A stretch of DNA of 64,000 nucleotides from assembly GCA_963701855.1 (NCBI GenBank), contig CAVPBK010000015.1, positions 1 through 64,000 on the forward strand. Direction: 5' to 3'. A program made the position numbers and the translations under genes. Below are positions 38,339 through 48,688 of the stretch, in pieces. Source of the DNA: Nitrospirota bacterium. Lineage in GTDB: Bacteria; Nitrospirota; Nitrospiria; Nitrospirales; Nitrospiraceae. Position 1 is the stretch's first letter, and every line of letters begins with the position of its first letter. The notes under the pieces were generated by a model. It ran no database searches. It was not told the DNA's origin and saw only the letters and a program-made list of their open reading frames with translations.

Positions 38339-40435
38339 ATGAACATGTCGCTAGAGAAGAAGATTGTGGTGGGCCTCGTGTTCGTAATCATCCTGCTGTC
38401 TGGAGTCGGGATCGTCTCTTATTGGAACACGACCGACCTCATAGATCGTGAAGTCCGGGTCTCCCAAACCCATCAGGTGCGGGAAGTAATCGAGCACCTG
38501 TTTTCTCTGATGGAGGACTTAGAATCCACGCAACGGATCGATCTTCTCACCGGTGAGAACCAGTACCTGCAATATTATCGTGAGATGAGCCAAAGCGTGG
38601 AAGCCGTGCTGCACAATCTTGAAGTCTTGACGAAGGATGACCAGGCCCAGCAACAACACCTTCTTGCATTGCGTCCGCTGATTGATTTGAGATTGACACA
38701 ACTCAAAACATCGATCGACTTAAGGGATGTGGGAAGGGTTGACCTGAATGAGTTGAAAGTCGTTCTGCATGCCGGCAAAGAGACCATGGACAAGACCAAA
38801 GTGGTGCTCGATGCGATGCGAGACCATGAGCAGCTTCTGCTGACCAACTGGTCGAAGCAAGCAGACAGGGCGGCCTCGTTCACGCTGTCGTTCGTTGTAG
38901 GCGGAACGTTCTTGACCATCGTGCTTGCTATCGGGGGAGGAAGGCGGATCTTATACGACCTGTCGAAGCGCAGGCAGGCCGAGAGAGATGTGCTTGCCGG
39001 CCGTGCCCGAGAAGCATTGATTTTGCGTACCGTGCCCGCTGTGATGTATTCTGCAAAGCCATCTGGGGATTACGGTGCATTGTGGGTGAGTGACAATATT
39101 GAGGCGTTGACCGGTTATTTTCCACGTTCATTTTTGGATGACTCATCCCTCTGGGCCTCGAGACTGCACCCCCTCGACCAGGAGAGAGTCTTCATGGAAT
39201 TTGAGAAGATATCTGTTGGTGGCGCACTAGCGACGGAATATCGCTGGCAGGTGCACAGCGGCGAGTACCGCTGGTTTCGAGATGAGGCGGTATTGATTCG
39301 GCGATCGGACGAAACCCCACAGGAAATCGTCGGTCTCTGGACCGACGTCACCGCACGAAGACAAGCGAGTGAGGTGATACGAAGACAGGCCGACATTATC
39401 AATCAGATCCAGGAAACCGTTATCTCCATCGATCTGGACGGCCATGTGCTGAGCTGGAATAGAGGGGCGGAAAAGATGTTGGGATATTCGGTGGAAGAGG
39501 CGCTTGGCAAGCATATCTCATTCATCTACCCGGAGGAAGACCGAGAGTTCCTAGAGCGTGAGGTCATCGGCCCTGTGAAGGTTAAGGGAACCCACCAGGT
39601 CGAGGTTCGCAGGAGAACCAAGTCCGGGGTGCTGCGTTTTGCCCAGCTTTCACTCACGTTGCTGAAGGATGACACAAATTCTCCAACCGGCATCATCGGG
39701 TATTCGATGGACATCACCGATCGGAAGCGCGGGCAAGAGGCGCTGCTCAATTCTCGCAACCAACTCGCTGCGCTCGCCGTTCGCCTCGAATCGGTGCGAG
39801 AAGAAGAGCGAACAAGAATCGCGCTGGAGGTTCATGATGTGTTGGGACAGGCGTTGACGGGATTGAAGCTGGATGTGGCATGGGTCCACAAACGGATCAC
39901 AGAATCGATCGAGCCAGCCCGGCCTGCCGCTGTGCTTGCAAGACTGGCTTCGGCGCTTGAACTCCTTGACTCGACCATTCAATCGGTGCGTGATGTCGCG
40001 ACGACCTTGAGGCCTGGCGTCTTGGACGAACTCGGCTTGGAGGCTGCGGTCGAATGGCAGGTGCGAGAGTTTCAGCATCGAACTGGGATTGCATGTGAAA
40101 CAACCATCTGGCCTCATAACATGGCATTCGGGCCTGAGCAATCAACCGCGCTGTTCCGTATCCTCCAAGAGGTCTTGACCAACGTGGTGCGGCATGCGCA
40201 AGCCACCAAGGTCCACATCAGGTTGGAGCAGTCTGGTGAGCAGGTGTCCTTGCAAGTTCAAGATGACGGCAGGGGTATTAGTGGCGTGGAGCAGTCCGGG
40301 CCGAAAGCGTTCGGTCTGCTGGGGATGCGCCTGCGGGCCCAGCAGCAGGGCGGTTCGTTCGACATTCAGGGCACGCCGGGAATGGGAACGATGGTCACCG
40401 TCAGTATCCCGCTGTATCGGGTAACAGATGATTAA
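38339..40435 (+). CDS. Sensor histidine kinase: CHASE3, 2x PAS, HisKA_3
   Basis: Two TM helices, VSQTHQV, HPLD, WNRGAE, EERTRIALEVHD.LGQ, QE.LTNVVRHA, DDGRG. Confidence 0.9.
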   Translation: MNMSLEKKIVVGLVFVIILLSGVGIVSYWNTTDLIDREVRVSQTHQVREVIEHLFSLMEDLESTQRIDLLTGENQYLQYYREMSQSVEAVLHNLEVLTKDDQAQQQHLLALRPLIDLRLTQLKTSIDLRDVGRVDLNELKVVLHAGKETMDKTKVVLDAMRDHEQLLLTNWSKQADRAASFTLSFVVGGTFLTIVLAIGGGRRILYDLSKRRQAERDVLAGRAREALILRTVPAVMYSAKPSGDYGALWVSDNIEALTGYFPRSFLDDSSLWASRLHPLDQERVFMEFEKISVGGALATEYRWQVHSGEYRWFRDEAVLIRRSDETPQEIVGLWTDVTARRQASEVIRRQADIINQIQETVISIDLDGHVLSWNRGAEKMLGYSVEEALGKHISFIYPEEDREFLEREVIGPVKVKGTHQVEVRRRTKSGVLRFAQLSLTLLKDDTNSPTGIIGYSMDITDRKRGQEALLNSRNQLAALAVRLESVREEERTRIALEVHDVLGQALTGLKLDVAWVHKRITESIEPARPAAVLARLASALELLDSTIQSVRDVATTLRPGVLDELGLEAAVEWQVREFQHRTGIACETTIWPHNMAFGPEQSTALFRILQEVLTNVVRHAQATKVHIRLEQSGEQVSLQVQDDGRGISGVEQSGPKAFGLLGMRLRAQQQGGSFDIQGTPGMGTMVTVSIPLYRVTDD

Positions 40436-41066
40436 CATTATCCTTGCAGACGATCATCCGTACCTGCGCCGCGGTCTCGTCCAGATTCTCATCGATGAAT
40501 TCCCTGGAGCCGTGGTCGGTGAAGCATCGAATGTCCCAGAGCTGCTGGAGCTAGCGCAAAAACAGCGGTGGGACGTGGTCGTGCTGGATCTGACGATGCC
40601 GGGACGCGGCGGGCTGGAGGGGTTGCACGAACTAAAACGGCTCTGCCCGAGCCTTCCCGTGCTGGTGCTGAGTATGCATCCTGAGGATCAGTTTGCCGTG
40701 CGGGTGTTACGCGCAGGGGGCGCTGGATACCTGACGAAGGAAAGCGCTCCGCAGGAATTAGTTCATGCCATTAAGACAATCTGGAAGGGGGGGAAATACA
40801 TCACGCCCAACACGGCTGAACTCCTTGCGGCACACCTTCAGCAACACGGTGACAGCGAGCAGCCGCTTCACAATTCCCTATCCGATCGTGAGCACCAGGT
40901 GTTCAGTTTGATCGCCGCCGGACACACGATTACGGACATTTCCGATCAACTCTCCCTCAGCGTCAAAACCATCAGTACCTACCGTTCCCGCATCCTGGTG
41001 AAGTTGAATGTCAAAACGAATGCGGACTTGGCGCGTTATGCTGTTCAACATCGTATCGTAGAGTGA
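40428..41066 (+). CDS. NarL/UvrY-family response regulator
   Basis: ADDH, LDLTMP, GYLTK, LSDRE..LSVKTISTYR HTH; overlaps the kinase stop. Confidence 0.92.
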   Translation: MINIILADDHPYLRRGLVQILIDEFPGAVVGEASNVPELLELAQKQRWDVVVLDLTMPGRGGLEGLHELKRLCPSLPVLVLSMHPEDQFAVRVLRAGGAGYLTKESAPQELVHAIKTIWKGGKYITPNTAELLAAHLQQHGDSEQPLHNSLSDREHQVFSLIAAGHTITDISDQLSLSVKTISTYRSRILVKLNVKTNADLARYAVQHRIVE

Positions 41067-41162
41067 TTACAACAATATTATATCCATCCTGGGCTCTCTA
41101 AAGTAGTTCACTGCCAGCGGACATCTACGCTAGGTTTTCCCTTTCTTGCTCTATCGTTTCTC

Positions 41163-41180
41163 TGTCAGACGATTCCTACA
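41163..41180. promoter_or_regulatory. GacA/UvrY-box-like inverted repeat
   Basis: TGTCAG-ACGATT-CCTACA, directly downstream of the regulator gene. Confidence 0.45.
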
Positions 41181-41368
41181 GACGGCATCGGCCAATTACC
41201 ACAGGCATGAGCGACTTACTCTTATCCCTCCCAATGAGGGGATGGTGTGTACTTCAGTTCACAGGCCATTGGGGAGAATGATCTCTGACTCATTGTAACG
41301 GGCCAGGCAATGTACGCATACGTCACTCATGGGGCAGGGAGCCGACTGGGGAGAAAAGGGGGCTGGAG

Positions 41369-41581
41369 ATGAGTTGTCAGCGCTGCGGGGGTGTGGTGGC
41401 TGCCGAACTTGCGGCTGCGATGTACAAATTGGTTTGTGAAAGGGGCGTGATCGAGAACCAATACTGCCATTGCGACGAGGACGACCGTCCGGTGCAAGCG
41501 GATTTGCATCGAGATGGGAGAGGTGCTCTCGCCGAGAAACCGCCTCCTGAAATCACGATGTCGGAAGGGGGAACCCCATGA
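41369..41581 (+). CDS. Small Zn-ribbon-like protein, probably degenerate
   Basis: MSCQRCGG start like 43395 and 11437; second CxxC not intact. Confidence 0.4.
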   Translation: MSCQRCGGVVAAELAAAMYKLVCERGVIENQYCHCDEDDRPVQADLHRDGRGALAEKPPPEITMSEGGTP

Positions 41582-42003
41582 TTGGCTATGGAAAACGTGT
41601 GCTGGTGGTCGACGATACGGACATGATGCGGCTGTTTCTCGCTGAGGTGCTAGGGCAAGAGGGGTTTGCTGTGGTGCAGGTGTGTGATGGTGTTCAGGCG
41701 TTATGTGAACTGCAACGGCGTCATTTTGATGTGGTGGTTACCGACTATCACATGCCTCGCCTCGATGGGCTCGATTTCCTCCGGCAATCTCAAATGACCT
41801 GGCCTGAGATACCGGTCATTTTTTTCTCGGAGATAGAGTGGGATAAGAACGACCTGGCGGAGGCCGGAGGAGCCTTTGCCTGGGTTCGTAAGTCATCTGA
41901 TGCCGGTGTTCTTGTGAGTATGCTGGGCCTGGCTGTGGCGCAGGGCGTGGAGCAGGGTATGGAGTGGGGATCGCAGCACGTAATGGAGCGAGTTGGCGCA
42001 TAG
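41578..42003 (+). CDS. Single-domain response regulator receiver
   Basis: LVVDD, VTDYHMP.LDG, conserved K. Confidence 0.85.
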   Translation: MIGYGKRVLVVDDTDMMRLFLAEVLGQEGFAVVQVCDGVQALCELQRRHFDVVVTDYHMPRLDGLDFLRQSQMTWPEIPVIFFSEIEWDKNDLAEAGGAFAWVRKSSDAGVLVSMLGLAVAQGVEQGMEWGSQHVMERVGA

Positions 42004-42038
42004 GAAAGTCTGTGCATAGGAAAAAGGAGGAAGCGATC

Positions 42039-42299
42039 ATGGGCACAGGAAATGCGGATGCGGACGAGGCCGTTCTGAATATGCTTCAACGCTATGATGT
42101 GCTTATGGTGGAAGACCTCATCATTGGGCGGCCGGATTTCAGCTATTCACAATTGTTTCTCGCCATCGACCGACTGAGCCGAAAGAACCTGATCGCGCTC
42201 CATCGAACGGGCATGAGCTACCAGATCCGTCCGATGAACCAAGAGCGGACCCTCGGCCAGGACCAACAGCATGAGGATCTGGCTGCTTCTCACCGGTGA
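42039..42299 (+). CDS. Small hypothetical protein, possibly winged-helix
   Basis: Strong RBS AAGGAGG; SQLFLAIDRLSR..LIAL..G..Y. Confidence 0.6.
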   Translation: MGTGNADADEAVLNMLQRYDVLMVEDLIIGRPDFSYSQLFLAIDRLSRKNLIALHRTGMSYQIRPMNQERTLGQDQQHEDLAASHR

Positions 42300-42658
42300 C
42301 GAGCCTGACATTTGCGAAGTGGTCGTTGGATTCCTGCGAGGCTATAACCCGTGCTAACCACCCCCCTCTTGTGCCTCGTGGTATTCTCTGGGCTCGTATT
42401 GCTTGGGGTGGGGGTGTGGTTCGTGGTGCAGCAATTGAGGTAAGGATGGGTAAGCCAACGGAGTTAAACATCTGTGGTCTCGGCTCAAAGATTAATACTC
42501 AGTCACCAATGAGCAAGTTATACGAAGAGAGTATCTATGCTTAACCCAAGAGGAAGCTCACGCACTACTGCTACGAGTGGGAATGGCGTGGCTATAGATG
42601 AAACCTGCAGGAATTTGAGATGTGCCTCTGTTTCAAAAGGTAGAGAGGGAGGGCGATT

Positions 42659-43156
42659 ATGTCGGCCGCTATGCGAATTCTTCTGGCCGTCGACGAATCC
42701 GAGAACTCCCATCGCATTGTCCAGTATGTCGGATCTCTCCTTGGCCGAACACCTGATGTCGTCGTCACCCTCTTTCATGTGCTCAAGCCCATGCCGCGGG
42801 GGTTGCTGGAGCATGGCGGATCGGAGAATCCTGCCGCTGAAGCGCGATTGAGCGAGCAGTTGCGCGATGAGCAGGAAGGCTGGATTCGGAAGGAACGGGA
42901 ATCCGAGTGCCATGTCCTGAAGCAGGCGTGCGAGACACTGGCACAATTTGGGTTCGACTTGGGCCATATTGAGGTGAAGTATGGCCATGAGGACGATATT
43001 GCCAGAAACATTCTCGAAGCGGCGCAAAGCGGGCATCATGGAACCATCGTTGTGGGGCGGCAGGGGACATCCAGGATCAAACAGATCTTCGGCGGCGGTG
43101 TAACCGATCAATTACTGCGCGATGCTAAGGGCTTTGCGATCTGGGTGGTGGAGTGA
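42659..43156 (+). CDS. Universal stress protein (USP)
   Basis: ILLAVDES, LFHV, IVVGRQG, FGGGVT..L. Confidence 0.88.
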   Translation: MSAAMRILLAVDESENSHRIVQYVGSLLGRTPDVVVTLFHVLKPMPRGLLEHGGSENPAAEARLSEQLRDEQEGWIRKERESECHVLKQACETLAQFGFDLGHIEVKYGHEDDIARNILEAAQSGHHGTIVVGRQGTSRIKQIFGGGVTDQLLRDAKGFAIWVVE

Positions 43157-43189
43157 CACGATCGGTACCTATCGAGCATCCATTGTGGA

Positions 43190-43329
43190 GAAGCCTATCT
43201 CGAATCGTCCGCACGGCGAATGTCTTTGAAGTCCGATGAACTAGGCCTGTGCCGGTTGAGTCATTCGGAAATCTGTATTTGGTTGGATGCCGACGGATAT
43301 TCGGCCCCTGTCACTATCTGTCGTTTTAG
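43190..43329 (+). pseudogene. 3' remnant of a PilZ-like gene paralogous to 55157-55612
   Basis: NVFEVR*TRPVPVESFGNLYLVGCRRIFGPCHYLSF* versus NVFETRWAKPLQVEAFGNLYLVGCQRIFGPLHYLSF. Confidence 0.8.
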
Positions 43330-43394
43330 TCGAAACGTTCGGGCCACCAGTGCTCGCACAAGAATAGGAGCGACAAACGCAAGGAGGAAACGAT

Positions 43395-43775
43395 ATGTCG
43401 TGTGAACGATGTGGGGGATTGATGGTCATCGAAGCTATTTGTGATCTCATGGAAGAAGAATCCCACAGGGGGATCAATACGAGACGGTGTGTGAACTGCG
43501 GAAACTTTGAGGACTCGACCATTCGTGCTAACAGAGTTGTTTCCCGTTTGCCGAGACCTATTACGCCACACATAGTGGGAGCCAGAAGACTGAGCACTAC
43601 TCAGCCACGCGTGTTGGAGCGAGCCATACAAACTGACAGTGTCATTGCGGAGAGCCCGCGGGTTCGTGCCCCTCGTCTTCCTATAGGCACCCCTTCCGCC
43701 AAAACACGGAGACTTGAACCTGCATCCATTGAACGACACATCCAGATCGTACAGACCCAAAGGCGGTACGCATGA
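43395..43775 (+). CDS. Zn-ribbon protein
   Basis: MSCERCGGLMV...RCVNCGNFED; RBS AAGGAGG. Confidence 0.7.
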   Translation: MSCERCGGLMVIEAICDLMEEESHRGINTRRCVNCGNFEDSTIRANRVVSRLPRPITPHIVGARRLSTTQPRVLERAIQTDSVIAESPRVRAPRLPIGTPSAKTRRLEPASIERHIQIVQTQRRYA

Positions 43776-43973
43776 GTATTGCACAGTCGTTTCTACGGAG
43801 ACGCTCTCGATAATCTGGCCTCGCGACTGACCAGCTGTGCTCGCGTCTCTTACACGTCGCATCATGTGGCTGGATCGGAGGTCGGGGTATCTTCAGCGTG
43901 TTGTACGGGCGTAGTTGTTACGGTAACCATTGGGCATGGTTTTGTGCGTCGGTAACGGGTGTCTGTGGCCGTA

Positions 43974-45188
43974 TCACTTGGCAATCGTGATACTGGGAAC
44001 CCCGACGCGAGGCACCTCGCTGACGGTCATTTGGAACAAGAGATACAGCATTTGGAATGCCTCGCGGTTCCAGCGAGCCAGCGGCCCCGTGGTGTTGACC
44101 GAGTAATATTTCCCATGGGACTGAATCGATAGATCTGCTTCCGAGGGAGCGCTATCCGACAGCACGAGCTCCATGGTGCGGACGGGATTTTCGAGGACCT
44201 CTGGGGTTCGAGGATCTTTGTCAACGTAGTATTCAGGTTCTTCTCCGAGCGATCGGCCAAGAAAGTTGAGAATGGTATAGAAGCTCCGCAGCCGGAAATC
44301 TCCCTTGAGGGGGTATTCGCCTCCGACGTGCCCGGGACGAATATCGAAGGAGACATCGTTGAGGTACCCTTCCTCCGTTTCATCGATCAACCTGGCCCGT
44401 TCCTCAGGTGGAAGTGTGTAGGGGTCATAGTTGGTGATGAGAATTGGTCCCGTGATTTGTTTTTGAAGGGTGTAACTGTTGTCTTTCTGATTGTAAGTGA
44501 CGAGATACTCTTTCTGTAATGCCTGAAAACCTTCGGCTGTGACCGAATTGGCGGGAATGGTCCAGGTCCGATTATGGACGAGCGGTTCGGTATGGAGATG
44601 GTTCTGGTCTTGAATGGCCGAAAGGTGCGTCACCACCCGGCGGAACATCTCGTAGCCCGTCCGATCTGCCGGTGAATTGCGATAGGCGACCTCCTGGCCA
44701 TTCTCCGTGATCCGCAGTTCCTGGGCCATCAGCCGGAGCAATAGATCGATGTCGTACCGCTGCCGGAGGAGGAGGAGGAACTTGGTTTCCTGAAAGGGGG
44801 TCAAGAGCCGCTTGGTAAACTCTTCCCCTTCGATCGGTGCGATACTGATGGTAGGGTTCTCAGCCACGCTGCCGCCGAAGATCGGCATGAGCGCCCTGCT
44901 GGCCTCTCCCGTGAGTGCCGGAGTGGCGCCGGCGCTGACACGGAAATCGAACGTCGCGGCGATATTCGAGACGCCGGTGAAGTGAATCGGTTGATGCTGA
45001 TGGGCGCGGGCGATGTTGATGAGCAGTTGTTTGGAGATGGCATCCGTGATCGCCTGATCATAGGCTGTCACGGCGCGATTCAGCGTGATGGGTGAGAGGC
45101 AGCCGGTTACGGCCAGGCTGCAGACGATTCCCGACAGAATCAATTGTGCGGGGGATGTTAAACGCTGTCCCATCGTCATGTGAACCAC
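43974..45188 (-). CDS. Conserved hypothetical lipoprotein downstream of the RND pump
   Basis: Lipobox VTGC; QLL.NI.R...P..F, ENPTISI.P..GEEF..RLL.P. Confidence 0.7.
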   Translation of the reverse strand: MVHMTMGQRLTSPAQLILSGIVCSLAVTGCLSPITLNRAVTAYDQAITDAISKQLLINIARAHQHQPIHFTGVSNIAATFDFRVSAGATPALTGEASRALMPIFGGSVAENPTISIAPIEGEEFTKRLLTPFQETKFLLLLRQRYDIDLLLRLMAQELRITENGQEVAYRNSPADRTGYEMFRRVVTHLSAIQDQNHLHTEPLVHNRTWTIPANSVTAEGFQALQKEYLVTYNQKDNSYTLQKQITGPILITNYDPYTLPPEERARLIDETEEGYLNDVSFDIRPGHVGGEYPLKGDFRLRSFYTILNFLGRSLGEEPEYYVDKDPRTPEVLENPVRTMELVLSDSAPSEADLSIQSHGKYYSVNTTGPLARWNREAFQMLYLLFQMTVSEVPRVGVPSITIAK

Positions 45189-45551
45189 CTTCGAGCGAGC
45201 CCGACCATCCTTCGGCAGGTTTGTAGCATAACTGGCATGGGATGCCTAGCGGATCGTTGCCAGATTGTTTGATGCTGGGAGCCCTCTGTGGAGAGGATGT
45301 GGGTCAAGCCTGCGATTGACTGATTGAAGAGGGATTGCGGTCGTGCGGCATATCCGGATTCTCTTTTTTGCAAGAGGTCGAATCGTAAAGGAGGAATCAT
45401 CTGATCGAGAGCGTCCACCCTCCTGCGACCGGGTTTTCGATGATTGAGCCTCAGGCTCTTGCTCTTGGCTTAGATCACAGAGTCTGAGCTATTCCCAATA
45501 GCACAACCGACAAGACGATCATCCACCGACAAGAACATCGTTGCTGTATGG

Positions 45552-48500
45552 TCATCCCATTCCCTCCTCATCGCTAGGACCCGCATCACGCCGATGGACG
45601 ATCTCGTACAGCACCGGCAAGACGACCAAAATCAATACCGCCGCCGTCAGCATTCCGCCGACCACTACTCGTGCCAGCGGCAGCTGCGACTGCGAACCAA
45701 TTCCTGTGGCCACAGCGGCCGGCAAAAGACCGATAGCTGCCCCCAAAGTTGTCATCAGTACTGGCCGCATGCGCTCCCCGGCACTTTTCAAGATGGCGGC
45801 CCTCAGATCATATCCTGCCTTCCTGCGGTCTTGGATCCGAACGATCAGGATTAAGCCACCCTGGATTGCCACTCCGAACAGCGAGATGAATCCCACCGCC
45901 GCTGAAATGCTGAAATCCGTTCCGGTGAGCAGGAGCGACAACACGCCTCCGACCAAGGCAAAGGGAACCGCACACAATACCAGTAACGAATCGCGCAAGG
46001 AGTCTAAGGCGAGGAAAGCCAGGAGAAAGATGACCACAAGGCTTACTGGTACGATGGTCATCAGGCGCTTTTTTTCATCCTGCAACTGATCATACTCTCC
46101 ATGCCATTCCATCCGGTACCGTTCAGGCAAGGTGACCTGTTGGTGAATCAGCGCTTCCGCCTCCGTGACGGTGCCCTCTAAATCACGCCCTCGCACGCTG
46201 AACTTGATCGGGATGTACCGCTCGTTGTTTTCGCGATAAATGGTAAACGCCCCGGTCTGCATCGTGACCGTTGCGAGCTGCTTCAGCGGAATACGCGCGC
46301 CTGCCGGCGTGCTGACCAGGATGTTGCTGATCGATTCAGTATCCTGTCGATACTCCGGCAAAAACCGTACGACCAGATCAAACAACTTCTCACCTTCATA
46401 TACCTGCGTCACCGCTTGACCCCCGATCGCGGCCTGGACCACCACATTCACATCCGACACTTGCAACCCATAGCGCGCACTCGCCTCACGATCGACCTGG
46501 ATGAGCAGGTTCGGCTGCCCCACCAGGTGAAAGATACCGAGATCTTTCACGCCCCGAACCCCGTGCATAACATGCTCAATCTCGCTAGCCTTTGCCTCCA
46601 TAATCTTCAGATCAGGGCCGAAGAGTTTGATGGAGTTCTCTGCCTTCACCCCCGACATGGCCTCTTCAACGTTGTCCTGAATCACCTGCGAGAAATTGAA
46701 AATGACCCCCGGAATTTCTTTCAGCCGCCCATCAATCTCTTCAATCAGCGCTTCTTTACTCAATCCGGGACGCCATTCCTTTTTCGGCTTGAGATTGGCC
46801 AAAAACTCGGCATTGGAGAAGCTCGTTGGATCGGTGCCGTCGTCGGGACGCCCCAGTTGCGACATAACAGTCGTGATTTCTGGCGAGTCGCGGAACAACC
46901 GACGAACCTCGCTCGTCAACCGTGCCGCCTGGTCGAAGGATATATCCACAGGCATCGTGGCACGAACCCAGAGGTTCCCTTCTTCCAAGGCCGGCATGAA
47001 TTCCCCTCCAATCGACTTCAACGCCACGAACGTAATAGCCAGAAGTCCGACGCAGACGCCGACGACAGCAGTCCGATGGCCTAACGCCCACCCCAAGATG
47101 CTGTTGTAGAGGCGACGGATTCGGCGCACGACCATCGTATCATCCTCACTGATCGTGCCCTTGAGTAAGAAAGAACAGAGCACGGGGGCCAGCGTAAAGG
47201 CCATCAAGAGTGCGCCCACCAAGGCAAACCCATAGGTAATGGACATAGGGGCGAAAATCTTCCCCGGCACACCCGTCATCGTGAAGAGCGGAATGAACGC
47301 GACCACGATAATGGTCGTCGAAAAGAAAATCGGTCTTCCGACCTGCCGCGCCGCGCGGACAATCTGTTGGGGCATCGTTAAATTGTGGAGCTTCCTGTGC
47401 GCCAAGACGGAGAAGATGTTTTCCACCATGATCAAGGTGGCGTCAACCACAATACCGAAGTCGATGGCTCCGAGTGAAATGAGATTCGCCGACTCTCCGA
47501 TCAGGACCATCATCGAAAAGGTAAAAAGCAATGAGACCGGAATGGTCAACGCTACAATCACCGCCGCACGCAAATGGCCCAAAAACACAAAAAGAATGAT
47601 GAAGACCAAGACCATGCCGCTGATGAGAATGTCCATGACGGTCTCCACCGTCGTCTGGATCAAGGCCGAGCGATCGTAGAAGGTTTTGACCTTGACCCCG
47701 GCCGGCAACTTCCAGGTGTTGAGTTCCTCCACCTTGTGCAGCACCTTTTCGAGGACGGGCCGTGACTTGTAGCCCCGTTGGAGAAGGATGACACCTTCGA
47801 CGACATCGTCGCGCTCATCGATACCAACTTTCCCCAATCGAACCCGGGACCCGACCGTGACATTCCCCAGAGTCTTGATGAAGATCGGTGTCCCGTCTTT
47901 TTCCGCCACCATCACGTTCTCGATATCTGGGATCCCGTTGATGAGGCCCAGTCCACGAATGTTGTAGTTCTGCGGGCCAATGGTCAGATAGTTGCCTCCG
48001 ACGTTGGCATTGCTATTGGTCAAGGCGGACATGACTTGCGACAGGTTGACGCCGTAGCTGATCAATCGTCCCGGATCGATATCGACGTGATATTCTTTGG
48101 TCGTCCCACCGAACGCCGTCACATCGATGACGCCGGGAATGCGCCGGAACTCCCGTCGAACCTGCCAGTCCTGAATCGTCTTCAAGTCTGTGAGCGTGGT
48201 CTCGTCGGTCCCCGTAAGTTCATATCGATAGATTTCGGCAATCGTCCACCAAGGGGATAGCGACGGCACCGCTCCGGGAGGCAGTTTCACCGAGCCCAGT
48301 CGATTCAAGACTTCCTGGCGGTCGCGAAAGATCTCCGTATCAAAATTGAAATAGATCTTGATGTCGCTCAACCCGAAGATCGAGATCGAGCGAACGTCCG
48401 AGACGCCTGGCATACCGTTGAGTGCGACCTCGATAGGAATTGTGATTTGGCGTTCGATCTCTTCAGCCGACCAACTGGGATACTGGGTGATCAATTCGAC

Positions 48501-48638
48501 CATCGGCGGCGAGGGATCGGGATAGGCGACGATATCGAGGGTATGAAAGGCGTAGAGCCCGCCGAACAGGAGGAGAAAGCCCAGGATGCAGACCATGACC
48601 CGCTGGATGAGAGAAAGTTCGACGATTCTGGCTATCAT
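45552..48638 (-). CDS. Heavy-metal efflux RND permease (CzcA/CusA family)
   Basis: 1028 aa; NLISLGAIDFGIVVD, GKIFAPM, EFMPALEEG, RMRPVLMT. Confidence 0.92.
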   Translation of the reverse strand: MIARIVELSLIQRVMVCILGFLLLFGGLYAFHTLDIVAYPDPSPPMVELITQYPSWSAEEIERQITIPIEVALNGMPGVSDVRSISIFGLSDIKIYFNFDTEIFRDRQEVLNRLGSVKLPPGAVPSLSPWWTIAEIYRYELTGTDETTLTDLKTIQDWQVRREFRRIPGVIDVTAFGGTTKEYHVDIDPGRLISYGVNLSQVMSALTNSNANVGGNYLTIGPQNYNIRGLGLINGIPDIENVMVAEKDGTPIFIKTLGNVTVGSRVRLGKVGIDERDDVVEGVILLQRGYKSRPVLEKVLHKVEELNTWKLPAGVKVKTFYDRSALIQTTVETVMDILISGMVLVFIILFVFLGHLRAAVIVALTIPVSLLFTFSMMVLIGESANLISLGAIDFGIVVDATLIMVENIFSVLAHRKLHNLTMPQQIVRAARQVGRPIFFSTTIIVVAFIPLFTMTGVPGKIFAPMSITYGFALVGALLMAFTLAPVLCSFLLKGTISEDDTMVVRRIRRLYNSILGWALGHRTAVVGVCVGLLAITFVALKSIGGEFMPALEEGNLWVRATMPVDISFDQAARLTSEVRRLFRDSPEITTVMSQLGRPDDGTDPTSFSNAEFLANLKPKKEWRPGLSKEALIEEIDGRLKEIPGVIFNFSQVIQDNVEEAMSGVKAENSIKLFGPDLKIMEAKASEIEHVMHGVRGVKDLGIFHLVGQPNLLIQVDREASARYGLQVSDVNVVVQAAIGGQAVTQVYEGEKLFDLVVRFLPEYRQDTESISNILVSTPAGARIPLKQLATVTMQTGAFTIYRENNERYIPIKFSVRGRDLEGTVTEAEALIHQQVTLPERYRMEWHGEYDQLQDEKKRLMTIVPVSLVVIFLLAFLALDSLRDSLLVLCAVPFALVGGVLSLLLTGTDFSISAAVGFISLFGVAIQGGLILIVRIQDRRKAGYDLRAAILKSAGERMRPVLMTTLGAAIGLLPAAVATGIGSQSQLPLARVVVGGMLTAAVLILVVLPVLYEIVHRRDAGPSDEEGMG

Positions 48639-48688
48639 GGGGTGCGATTAGATTCCAATTCGAAAGAGGAGAGCCGTGCGTGGGAGCG

